In this document: piece after piece, positions 19,118 through 27,820 of the stretch
How positions within the stretch are numbered: position 1 is the stretch's first letter
How the letters are laid out: each line of letters starts with the position of its first letter
NCBI GenBank assembly: GCA_043827405.1
Contig: JBDRPD010000050.1
Span: 64,001 to 128,000 of the forward strand
Source: Elusimicrobiota bacterium
GTDB lineage: Bacteria > Elusimicrobiota > Elusimicrobia > UBA1565
Direction of reading: 5' to 3'
DNA: 64,000 nt
The notes under the pieces: model-generated
Databases searched by the model: none
Seen by the model: only the letters and a program-made list of their open reading frames with translations
Told to the model about the DNA's origin: nothing
Position numbers and translations under genes: made by a program

Positions 19118-19157
19118 ACCTGATCGCACCTAATCGTACCCGATCGTACCCGACCGC
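19118..19157. repeat. 4 x 10-bp imperfect tandem repeat
   Basis: ACCTGATCGC ACCTAATCGT ACCCGATCGT ACCCGACCGC. Confidence 0.8.
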
Positions 19158-19189
19158 CATCGGCCGCACTAAGAGAGGCCCGTATTCGC

Positions 19190-20782
19190 ATGCCGAAAAA
19201 GAAACAGGTCATACTAATCCATGTTCGGGATCCCCAGTTTTACGCCTTCAATAAAGGGGAGCGTGCGGCCAACGGCAATCCCGTCATCATGGGGTTTCCG
19301 CCCATCGGCATCATGTCTCTCTCGGCGGTTCTCAAGCGAGCGGGGCATAAATGCATCATGTTCGATCAGGCCAACCCGCAGACGACCGACAAGGACATCC
19401 TCGATACGATAGGCCGGGAGAAACCCGATCTCGTAGGCTTGAGCTTTCTCAGCACCACAAGCTACCCCTACGCCAAGATTTTAGCCCGGCAGATCCGCGC
19501 GGCGCATCCGCGAGTGAAAATGGCTTTCGGCGGGGTCTTCGTCACGCTCAATGACGCCAAGGTCAAAAAACAATGCCCCGAAGTAGACTTCATTTGCCGC
19601 GGCGACGGCGAGCAGGTGATCCTGGATCTTCTGGAATCGCTCCCCGAGCCGCGAACCGTTAAGGGCATCACCTGGATGGACCGGACCGCAGTGGTGCGCA
19701 ACCCCGACCGCCCCCTCGAACGAGCCCTGGACCAGTGGCCGGAGCCCGACCGGGAAAGCCTCAAGCTGGATTTCCTCGAATCCATGCCGCTGGACGTCCC
19801 GGTCGTCCTGTCGATGGACCGCTTTACCACCATGCAAACCTCGCGGGGCTGCCCCTTCCCATGCGTGTTTTGCGACATCCCGGCTTTCGGCCAAGGCAAG
19901 TGGCGCCCCCGCTCCGCCGAGCATGTGGTCGCGGAGCTCAAGCATCTCGAGGAACTGGGCTATCGCTCGGTCTATTTCCTTGACGACAATTTTCTGCTGC
20001 AGACTCCGCGTATTGAAAAAATTTGCGATCTAATCATCCAGGAAGGCCTCACGATTAAATGGGCCTGCGAGGGCCGCGTCGATTGCAAGGATCAGGAGAG
20101 GATGTTCGCGCTCATGGCCAAGGCCGGCTGCCGGACTTTAATGTTCGGCATCGAAAGCGGAAGCCAAAAAGTGCTCGACCGGCTCAAGAAGAAGCAGACC
20201 CTTGAGCAGATTTCCTCCGCCGTGCGCAGCGCCAAAAAGCTGGGGATTCAGCTGGTGCACGGGTTTTTCGTGGTGGGCACGCCGGACGAAACTCCCGAGG
20301 ATATGATGCGGTGCTTCGAGCTGGCGGCCGCGCTCCCCCTGGACACCTTCGGATTTAATCGCCTGTGCACCTACCGCGGCACCCCGCTCTGGGATGAGTA
20401 CGTGCGGCGGGGTCTCGTTAACGACGAGGAGGAGTGGTACAAGTATTTTAAATGCTCGGAGATCGACCCGACCTGCATGCGCGGCGAACAGATCAACGAG
20501 ATTCGCAAGAAGGGATTCAAGAAACTGTTCATATACAAGCTGCGGCATTACCCCTGGCAGACTTTCTGGCTATTGCGCCGTTTTTTGCAGACCATGTCCT
20601 TTCGCGACCTGTGGATCATTCTCTTCAAGCCCTTTTTCGGCCAGAGCAAGGGCGCGACGAAGCAGGAACTGCTCGCCTGCTCCGTCGAGCATGGGCTGCT
20701 CAAAGATGCCGCCGCCGAGATGACCCGAGTCAGCGACGCCGAGCTTACAGCCTGCGCAAAGCCCCCCGCGCCGCTCGCATGA
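19190..20782 (+). CDS. B12-binding radical SAM protein
   Basis: [13 protein letters not shown] cobalamin-binding domain, [21 protein letters not shown]. Confidence 0.92.
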   Translation: MPKKKQVILIHVRDPQFYAFNKGERAANGNPVIMGFPPIGIMSLSAVLKRAGHKCIMFDQANPQTTDKDILDTIGREKPDLVGLSFLSTTSYPYAKILARQIRAAHPRVKMAFGGVFVTLNDAKVKKQCPEVDFICRGDGEQVILDLLESLPEPRTVKGITWMDRTAVVRNPDRPLERALDQWPEPDRESLKLDFLESMPLDVPVVLSMDRFTTMQTSRGCPFPCVFCDIPAFGQGKWRPRSAEHVVAELKHLEELGYRSVYFLDDNFLLQTPRIEKICDLIIQEGLTIKWACEGRVDCKDQERMFALMAKAGCRTLMFGIESGSQKVLDRLKKKQTLEQISSAVRSAKKLGIQLVHGFFVVGTPDETPEDMMRCFELAAALPLDTFGFNRLCTYRGTPLWDEYVRRGLVNDEEEWYKYFKCSEIDPTCMRGEQINEIRKKGFKKLFIYKLRHYPWQTFWLLRRFLQTMSFRDLWIILFKPFFGQSKGATKQELLACSVEHGLLKDAAAEMTRVSDAELTACAKPPAPLA

Positions 20783-22065
20783 GCGACGGATTCGATACCC
20801 TGGGGCTGGCCGAAGAGCTGCTCCACGCGGTACGCGACAAGGGTTACGGCCAGCCGACGCCCATCCAGCGCGAAGCGATTCCGGCGGTCCTCGAAGGGCT
20901 CGATATCATGGGCGGAGCGCAAACCGGAACCGGCAAGACGGCGGCCTTTGCCCTCCCCCTGCTGCAGCGCTTGCGCGGAGGACGGCATCGCCCCGAGCAT
21001 CGCACGGTCCGCGCCCTCATCTTGACGCCGACGCGAGAGCTCGCGGCCCAGGTGCACCAAAGCGTGTGCGACTACGGCAAGCATCTGCCGTTCCGGGCGG
21101 CCGTGGTCTTCGGCGGCGTCAGCCTGAATCGCCAGATCGCCGAGTTTCGCCGCGGCGTCGATATTGTCGTCGCCACCCCGGGACGGCTGCTCGACCATGT
21201 ACGCCAAGGCAAGCTGCGTCTCGGCACAGTAGAAATCTTTGTTCTCGACGAAGCCGATCGCATGCTCGACATGGGTTTTCTGCCCGACATCAAGAAGGTT
21301 ATGCGGGAGCTGCCCGAGCGCCGGCAGAACCTGCTGTTCTCCGCCACCTTCCCGCAAGAGATCGAGCGCTTATGCGACAAGCTGCTCAACTCACCCAAGC
21401 GCATCCAGGTGGCCCGGCGAAGCACCGCGGCGGAAGGCGTCAACCAGGTCGTCCTCCCGGTAACTCACAACGGGAAGCATGCGCTATTGTCGCACCTTAT
21501 CCGCACCGAGCAGTGGTATCAAGTCCTCGTATTCACCCGCACCAAGGCCCGGGCCAATCAACTGACCAAGAAACTGGTGCGCGACGGCATACATGCGGTC
21601 GCTATCCACGGCAACAAGAGCCAGGCCGCGCGCACCAAGGCATTGGCGGGCTTCAAGAACGGCGACATCCAGGCCTTGGTGGCCACCGACATCGCGGCCC
21701 GAGGCCTCGATATCGACCAGCTGCCGCACGTCGTCAATTTCGACCTGCCCAATGTCCCTGAAGATTACGTGCACCGCATCGGCCGCACCGGCCGCGCCGG
21801 CCGCGAAGGCGAGGCCTTGTCTTTGGTTTCGCCCGAGGAGCACCAGCATCTGGCGGGCATCGAACGCCTGCTGCAGAAACGCCTCCCGCGGCGAAACATC
21901 GAAGGGGTAACGCGGCCGCCGGGCGGCGAGAGCCCGCCGCAGGCGCCCCACAAGTCCGCGGGGAAAAACAACCCGCAGACGAACAATGGACAGAGGGGGC
22001 GGCACGATGCGAAGAGCCGCGGGTGGCGCAGTTCGCGCAACCTGCGCCGCCGTCGCCGGCGATGA
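20779..22065 (+). CDS. rhlE: DEAD-box RNA helicase RhlE-like
   Basis: [44 protein letters not shown] overlap with upstream gene. Confidence 0.9.
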   Translation: MSDGFDTLGLAEELLHAVRDKGYGQPTPIQREAIPAVLEGLDIMGGAQTGTGKTAAFALPLLQRLRGGRHRPEHRTVRALILTPTRELAAQVHQSVCDYGKHLPFRAAVVFGGVSLNRQIAEFRRGVDIVVATPGRLLDHVRQGKLRLGTVEIFVLDEADRMLDMGFLPDIKKVMRELPERRQNLLFSATFPQEIERLCDKLLNSPKRIQVARRSTAAEGVNQVVLPVTHNGKHALLSHLIRTEQWYQVLVFTRTKARANQLTKKLVRDGIHAVAIHGNKSQAARTKALAGFKNGDIQALVATDIAARGLDIDQLPHVVNFDLPNVPEDYVHRIGRTGRAGREGEALSLVSPEEHQHLAGIERLLQKRLPRRNIEGVTRPPGGESPPQAPHKSAGKNNPQTNNGQRGRHDAKSRGWRSSRNLRRRRRR

Positions 22066-22072
22066 GGCGCCT

Positions 22073-22101
22073 AAAGAAAACGGCGCTCGGAAAGAGCGCC
22101 G
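22073..22101 (-). terminator. Intrinsic terminator downstream of tRNA-Gly (possibly bidirectional)
   Basis: Stem CGGCGCTC/GAGCGCCG 22081-22101 followed by TTTTCTTT on the minus strand. Confidence 0.7.
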
Positions 22102-22159
22102 CAGAAATTTGGAGCGGGCGCCTTTTCGCTTCGCGAAAAGACAGCCCGGCTCAAGAAAG

Positions 22160-22233
22160 TGGAGCGGGCGAAGGGAATCGAACCCTCGTCTTTACCTTGG
22201 CAAGGTAGCGTTCTACCATTGAACCACGCCCGC
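22160..22233 (-). tRNA. tRNA-Gly(GCC)
   Basis: GCGGGCG TG GTTC AATGGTA GAAC G CTACC TTGCCAA GGTAA AGAC GAGGG TTCGATT CCCTT CGCCCGC T CCA. Confidence 0.97.
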
Positions 22234-22322
22234 GTTCATCAGCATTTTACTCTTTTTCCGGGTTTCCGCCAACTGCTCCAGCGCGAGAAGCCATGCTCTC
22301 GGGGAGAGACAATAGCCGGTCG

Positions 22323-23030
22323 ATGAATAAAAGTACGGTTAATTTCTGCTTTGGGTACTGCCTGGGCCTGGCCTATTGGCTGATAAGCAATACCTGGCGC
22401 ACCAAGATTTATTTCCACGGGGGGATCAAACCCTTCAATGTGTTTTCCCGGGAATTATCCAATTCAATTATCTGCGCCCATTGGCACAAAGACGAACTCT
22501 CGTCTGTTCGCTATGGTCAATTAGGCAAAAGCGCCACCATGGCCAGCCTATCGGCGGATGGGAGCATCATCGCCGGAATTTTGATATTTCTCGGCCTCAA
22601 AGTGGCCAGAGGATCTTCCTCAAAAGGCGGCAAAAAAGCGTCTCATCGCCTTGAAGAATTGTGCGCAGAAAGCTCTTACGTCGTAGGAATGGCCGTAGAC
22701 GGGCCAAGGGGACCTTACTTCAAAGCAAAATCCGGAATCTACTACATATCCCTCAATGCAAAGGCCGCCAGCATGCAATGCATACCGGATTGCGGCAATA
22801 TCTGGAATTTCGCGAAATCAAACAATAAGACCTATTTCCCGAAGCCTTTTTCACGAGTTGATTTCCATCTCTTCCCCCTCCCCAAAGCGACCAAAGACAA
22901 TAAGCATGAGTTTCTTGACGCCATCAACTCCCGCCGCGAAATTCCAAAGCATCAATTAAAAGGCTTCTCTATCCGCGAGATAAAACGGCTTAGTCCAAAC
23001 AGCCATATTAGCGCCGGGAAAATGCGCTAG
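22323..23030 (+). CDS. DUF374 / lysophospholipid acyltransferase-like protein
   Basis: WH, S.S.DG, RGSSSKGG, VDGPRGP, PKPFSR; visibly more AT-rich than flanks. Confidence 0.78.
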   Translation: MNKSTVNFCFGYCLGLAYWLISNTWRTKIYFHGGIKPFNVFSRELSNSIICAHWHKDELSSVRYGQLGKSATMASLSADGSIIAGILIFLGLKVARGSSSKGGKKASHRLEELCAESSYVVGMAVDGPRGPYFKAKSGIYYISLNAKAASMQCIPDCGNIWNFAKSNNKTYFPKPFSRVDFHLFPLPKATKDNKHEFLDAINSRREIPKHQLKGFSIREIKRLSPNSHISAGKMR

Positions 23031-23102
23031 CCTCGCCATGGTGATCGGCGGCCGCAATCTGCGCCGGGGCTTCGCGCCGGCCGGAATTTTCTAAAATGCG
23101 GC

Positions 23103-23393
23103 ATGGGGAGCTGCTACAAATGCGGCGGGAATCTGGATCACGGCGACTACGGCCGCGGAAAGGATTGCCCCGGCTGCGGCGAGGACACCAAGATCTGCCG
23201 CAACTGCGACCTCTACGCCCCGGGACTTAACAGCGACTGCCGCGAGCCCCAAGCCGACCTGATCAAGAATAAAGAGCGCGCCAACTACTGCGAGTTTTTT
23301 AAATCGGGAAACCCAAAAAGATCCGCCCCTCCGGAGAGCGGCACCTCGAAGGACGCTTTTTCCGCGCTGTTTAAGAAGAAGCCCGGCGGCTGA
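23103..23393 (+). CDS. Small Cys-rich (zinc-ribbon-like) protein
   Basis: Three CxxC pairs plus CREP and ANYCEFF; TAAAAT 5 nt before ATG. Confidence 0.75.
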   Translation: MGSCYKCGGNLDHGDYGRGKDCPGCGEDTKICRNCDLYAPGLNSDCREPQADLIKNKERANYCEFFKSGNPKRSAPPESGTSKDAFSALFKKKPGG

Positions 23394-24530
23394 TTAGGCG
23401 ACGAACTCGATATCGTCGGCGAGGCGCGACTCGTCGGACATCAGCTCTTCAACCGAAGTGCGGCACTCGAAAAAGGCATCGACCACCGCCGGGTCGAACA
23501 GGCGCTCGCTCTGCTCCCGCATATAGACGAAAGTGTCGTCGATGCTCCAGGCTCCCTTGTAGACTCGCCGCGTGGTCAGGGCGTCGAAGACGTCGACCAC
23601 CGAGACGATCCGGGCCTCCAGCGGGATCTCTTCCGCCTTGAGGCCGCGGGGATAGCCGGTGCCGTCCCAATGCTCATGATGGCCCAGCGCGATATTGCGC
23701 GCCAGCTTGAGCAGGCGGGAGTGGGCGTTCTCCAGCATGCGGCCGCCGTATACCGGATGCTTCTTCATCTCTTCGTACTCGTCCGGCGTGAGCTTGCCGG
23801 GCTTGAGCAGAATGGAATCGGGGATGGCGACCTTGCCGATGTCGTGAAGCGGACTGGCGTAGCGCAGATCCTCGATCATGTCCATCGACAAGCCCAACTG
23901 GGCGGCCACCAGGCCGGTATACTGGGATATGCGCCGCAAGTGCGAGGCCGTATCCTGCTGGTCCCGGTATTCCGCGACCATGGCCATGCGGTAAATGGTC
24001 TCAAGGTGCGATTTTCGCAGATTGTCGTAAAGGCGGGCGTTTTCGATCGCCGCGGCCGCGATCGTGGCCAAGATGCGGAGGAAGCCCTCGTCTTCCTCAT
24101 TGAAGGGTCCTTTGGCCTTATTGAGAACCTCAAAGACTCCCAGCGGCTTGCCTTCACGATCCTTGAGCGGCACCGCGAGGACGCTCTTGGTCTGGTAGCC
24201 GGTGATGCGGTCGAAATCCTGCGTAAACCGGGTATCCCGGTAGGCGTCGCGGATATTCACCGCCGAGCCGGTCCGGGCTACGAATCCGGCGATGCCCTGG
24301 CCGATGGGAATACGCAGAATCTTCTCGCCTACGCCGAGCGCCACCTTGGTCCACAGCTCATGCTTCTCGGTGTCGACGACGAAGACCGAGCAGCGGTCAG
24401 CGCTCAGAATATGGCGCACCTCCTCGGCGATGATTGTCAGGAGGTTGTTAATATGGGTCTCGGTCGCGATACGGCGGCCGAAACGCGCCAACAACATCTG
24501 GCGCCGCTCTAGCTCCTGCCTTCTTCCCAC
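23394..24530 (-). CDS. GAF + HD-GYP cyclic dinucleotide phosphodiesterase
   Basis: GAF (GIAG, D.RF, NK...F...DE); LHDIGK, HHEHWDGTGYP, DVFDAL. Confidence 0.92.
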   Translation of the reverse strand: MGRRQELERRQMLLARFGRRIATETHINNLLTIIAEEVRHILSADRCSVFVVDTEKHELWTKVALGVGEKILRIPIGQGIAGFVARTGSAVNIRDAYRDTRFTQDFDRITGYQTKSVLAVPLKDREGKPLGVFEVLNKAKGPFNEEDEGFLRILATIAAAAIENARLYDNLRKSHLETIYRMAMVAEYRDQQDTASHLRRISQYTGLVAAQLGLSMDMIEDLRYASPLHDIGKVAIPDSILLKPGKLTPDEYEEMKKHPVYGGRMLENAHSRLLKLARNIALGHHEHWDGTGYPRGLKAEEIPLEARIVSVVDVFDALTTRRVYKGAWSIDDTFVYMREQSERLFDPAVVDAFFECRTSVEELMSDESRLADDIEFVA

Positions 24531-24534
24531 GCTA

Positions 24535-25830
24535 TTATCCTGAGGTTTTTTTCGATTCGGACGTCTTGTCCCGCAGCCACTGGGAGAAATGAACTACCTT
24601 GCACTCAGGATAGTATTTCTGCAAACCCCGGGCAAGCTGGATCAGGCAGGATGTCGACGAGGTGACCACGATACGAGCGTGAATAGAAGCGATATTTGCG
24701 GTCTTTTTTCGCAGCAGCTCTTCCGACAGCCGCGAATGGGTGAAAGCGAAAGCGCCGGCTCCGCCGCAGCAAACCTCCGCCTTCGGGAGCTCGCGATAGG
24801 CCGCTCCGGCGCCCGCCCGCAGCGTCCGACGGGGCGCGTCGACGATGCCCTGGCCGTTGCGGGCGCGGCAGGAATCATGATAGGTGGTCTCGTCATCCTC
24901 GCCCGGCGCGGGCTTCGCGTCGGCAAACAGCTCGGTCACGTCCCGGATGCGGGATGAAAAGCGCCGGGCACGCTCCTTCCACTCGGGCTCCTCCATAAAC
25001 AGCTGCGGATAGGACTTCATAAACGACACACAGGATGAGCAATCGCCCACGACCGGCGCCTCCTCGGGACAGCCGGACTCCTCCAACAGGCGGATATTCT
25101 CCCGCGCCAGCTCCCGAGCCTGCTCCAGGCTCCCGTAATTGTAGGCCATCAGGCCGCAGCACTTATGCCGCAAATAGACGCCCCGGCCGCGGGCGGCCTT
25201 AAGTATCTCCACGGTCGCGCGGCCGACATCCGGCAGGACATAGTTCGGACCGCAAGGCGCGAAATAAGCCCAGGCAGCGCCCTCGGCCCGCGCCAGCGCC
25301 GAATCCTCCCGCAAATATTCGAATAAAAAGCGCTCCGGCACCCTGTCCAGGTGACCGTCCGCGATCTCGAGACCCCGCAGTCCAACGAGCCGCAGCAGCC
25401 GCGTCTTCACGACGAGTCGCGACAGCCCCCAGTTTTTCAGCCTATAGCCCCAACGCAGCAGCGCGGCAAAGCGCTCGGGCCGGCGGGTCAAAAGATCCGT
25501 CAGCAAGCGAACCAGCCGCCCCCCCTCTCCGCGCAGCATCCGCCGCCCCTCCAGCACGATGTCGGCGGTCGGTACGCGGGCCGGACAGGCCGTCGTGCAG
25601 CCGCCGCACAGCAGGCAGGTGGAGAGCGCCTCCTCAGCGGAGGCCGGGTCCCGCAGCTTGCCCTCAACCAGCATGCGGACAAGCTGATTGCGGCCGCGGG
25701 CCGAGAGCGGCTCGCTGCCGGTCGCCGTATAGGTCGGGCAAGCCTGCTCACAGTAGCCGCAGCGCGAACACTGGCTGACCGCGTCATACAGCGGCCGCTC
25801 CCCGAGATCGGTGATCAGCCGCTTAAGCAT
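24535..25830 (-). CDS. glcF: (Fe-S)-binding GlcF-like subunit
   Basis: CSRCGYCEQACP, CLLCGGCTTACP, CCG domains, YHDSC. Confidence 0.85.
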   Translation of the reverse strand: MLKRLITDLGERPLYDAVSQCSRCGYCEQACPTYTATGSEPLSARGRNQLVRMLVEGKLRDPASAEEALSTCLLCGGCTTACPARVPTADIVLEGRRMLRGEGGRLVRLLTDLLTRRPERFAALLRWGYRLKNWGLSRLVVKTRLLRLVGLRGLEIADGHLDRVPERFLFEYLREDSALARAEGAAWAYFAPCGPNYVLPDVGRATVEILKAARGRGVYLRHKCCGLMAYNYGSLEQARELARENIRLLEESGCPEEAPVVGDCSSCVSFMKSYPQLFMEEPEWKERARRFSSRIRDVTELFADAKPAPGEDDETTYHDSCRARNGQGIVDAPRRTLRAGAGAAYRELPKAEVCCGGAGAFAFTHSRLSEELLRKKTANIASIHARIVVTSSTSCLIQLARGLQKYYPECKVVHFSQWLRDKTSESKKTSG

Positions 25831-27820
25831 GCTCAACCCACCCATTGAGCCGGTGGTCCGGATCGAAAGCCGCTTTCAGCCGGCGATACCAGGGACTGAA
25901 AGAAGGGCGAATGGGCGCCGGCAGCTCACTGGGGATATCGCCGCGGCGGGCATGCAGCTTCAACGTGGCCTCCAGAATGATCGCGAGCGTCCCCCAGGAG
26001 CCCAAGAGCAGGCGCGCCACGTCATAGCCCGCCACGCTCTTGGCGACATTTGCCCCGACCTCCGCAATCCGGCCGTCCGCCAGGAGCAGCCGCATCCCGA
26101 GCACCTCGCCGCGCAGCCCCGCCCAGCCCTTGGTCGCGAGGAGCCCGCCGAGCGTGCCGGAGACCAGTGGCAGATGCAGGTAGACATTCTCTTTGGCCGC
26201 TGCGGCCAGCAGCTCGCTCATCGAGATGCCGGCCTCCACGGTCATGACGAAATTAGCCCGGTCCAGCTCGCGCACCGCGGTCAGCGAGCGAACGCTCAGC
26301 ACCTCACGGCCCTCGCCGCGTAGGCGGGACGGCGCCTTGGTGCCCGCGCCGAGAGCGACCAGCTCCTCCCGCCGTTCGGCTTTCTCGCGAACGCGCTCGA
26401 TCAGCGAGCACGCCGCGGCGGTCGGCTCCGGGCGCTTGGCGGCGCAGCGCTCCCGCTGGGCGTCGTCCGCCGGAGGAAACAGCTTGCCGGGATTGGCCAG
26501 GTTCGCGGGATCGAAGGCCCGCTTGATCCCCCGCATCAGCTCCAGCGTCGCCGGCGTAAACAGCCAAGCCATCGCCTCGCGCTTGTCGATGCCGATCCCG
26601 TGCTCGCCGGAGATCGAGCCCCCCAGCTCGACGCAGGCGTGCAGGATTTCAGAGCCCGCCTTCCGCACCCGCCCCGTCCATTCCCGGTCGCGCTCATCAA
26701 AGATCATATTGGGATGCAGGTTGCCGTCACCGGCATGAAAGAGCAGCGCCGCCTCGACTTTGTTGCGCTCGGAAATCTCACGGATTCTAACCGCGGCCTC
26801 GGGCAGACGGCTGCGCGGAACCACGCCGTCCTCGACCTGCACATTCGGCGCCAAGCGGGCAAGCGCCGCATAGGCGCTGCGCCGGCCCTCCCACAGCTTG
26901 TCGCGTTCGGCCAAGCCGCTCTCCGCGCGCAGCAGCTCGGCTCCATTGTCGCGGCAGATCGCCTCGACGCGCATCCTCTCGGCCTTGACCCGCTCAGGAC
27001 TGCCCTCGACCTCGATGAGCAGTACCGCCTCCGCCGCGGGGTAGCCCGCGGAGGTAAAAGCCTGGATCGATTCAACCGTGCGGCGGTCCATCGCCTCCAG
27101 CACGCGCGGCACGATGCCGGCGGCGATGATCGCGGATACGCCTTCCATGGCCCGATCAAGAGCCGGAAAGGCGGCCAGCAGGGTCACCACCCGCTCCGGC
27201 AAAGGCAGGATGTCGGCCCATATTTTGGTGATGATCCCGAGAGTTCCCTCCGAGCCGATCAGCAGGCTCATAATCTCGGGGCCGGTATCGGCGGTCGAAA
27301 AGCGCTCAACGCTGCCGTCGGGCATGACGGCTTCGAGGGCGCGGATGTGGTTGGTGGTTACTCCGTACTTTAAACAGCGCGGCCCGCCGGCATTCTCCGC
27401 GGCATTGCCGCCCAGCGTGCATATCTTGAGGGAGGCGGGATCGGGAGCGTAGAACCAGCCGAGACCTTCCAGCTCGTGCTGAAAATGGAAGTTGATAACA
27501 CCCGGCTCGAGTATGGCAAAGCGCTCCTGCGTGTCGATGGCGAGTATGCGGTCAAGCCCGGTCAGGACGATCACCACCCCGCCGTGCAGCGGTACGCAGC
27601 CGCCCGAGAGGTTGGTGCCGGCGCCGCGGGCGATATAGGGCATCCCGCGGTCCACGCACCAGCGCACGGCACAGCTCACATCCTCGACCGACCGCGCGAT
27701 GACTACCCCGTCAGGACGGCCGCGCTCAAGCGAAGCGTCATAGGAGTAGGCGAGAACCTCGGCTTCGCCCGTCAACAGCTCGCCCGCGAGCTCGCTCTTA
27801 AGCCCGCCGAAACCGCTCAC
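25823..27820 (-). CDS. glcD: FAD-linked 2-hydroxyacid oxidase, GlcD fused to a shortened GlcE-like domain
   Basis: RGAGTNLSGG, APDPAS, NAGGP.CLKYG, HAGDGNLHP, GEHGIG, then a second FAD-binding segment (GAGTK, AKSVAGYD, GSWGTL, FDP...LN). Confidence 0.88.
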   Translation of the reverse strand: MSGFGGLKSELAGELLTGEAEVLAYSYDASLERGRPDGVVIARSVEDVSCAVRWCVDRGMPYIARGAGTNLSGGCVPLHGGVVIVLTGLDRILAIDTQERFAILEPGVINFHFQHELEGLGWFYAPDPASLKICTLGGNAAENAGGPRCLKYGVTTNHIRALEAVMPDGSVERFSTADTGPEIMSLLIGSEGTLGIITKIWADILPLPERVVTLLAAFPALDRAMEGVSAIIAAGIVPRVLEAMDRRTVESIQAFTSAGYPAAEAVLLIEVEGSPERVKAERMRVEAICRDNGAELLRAESGLAERDKLWEGRRSAYAALARLAPNVQVEDGVVPRSRLPEAAVRIREISERNKVEAALLFHAGDGNLHPNMIFDERDREWTGRVRKAGSEILHACVELGGSISGEHGIGIDKREAMAWLFTPATLELMRGIKRAFDPANLANPGKLFPPADDAQRERCAAKRPEPTAAACSLIERVREKAERREELVALGAGTKAPSRLRGEGREVLSVRSLTAVRELDRANFVMTVEAGISMSELLAAAAKENVYLHLPLVSGTLGGLLATKGWAGLRGEVLGMRLLLADGRIAEVGANVAKSVAGYDVARLLLGSWGTLAIILEATLKLHARRGDIPSELPAPIRPSFSPWYRRLKAAFDPDHRLNGWVEHA

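Noticed and set aside
19118..19157. Short repeats considered as a CRISPR array
   Set aside because: 10-bp contiguous units with no spacers and no cas genes.
22066..23100. Integrative element or prophage at tRNA-Gly
   Set aside because: No integrase or phage genes; the duplicated tRNA end is only 50 bp away and encloses no cargo.
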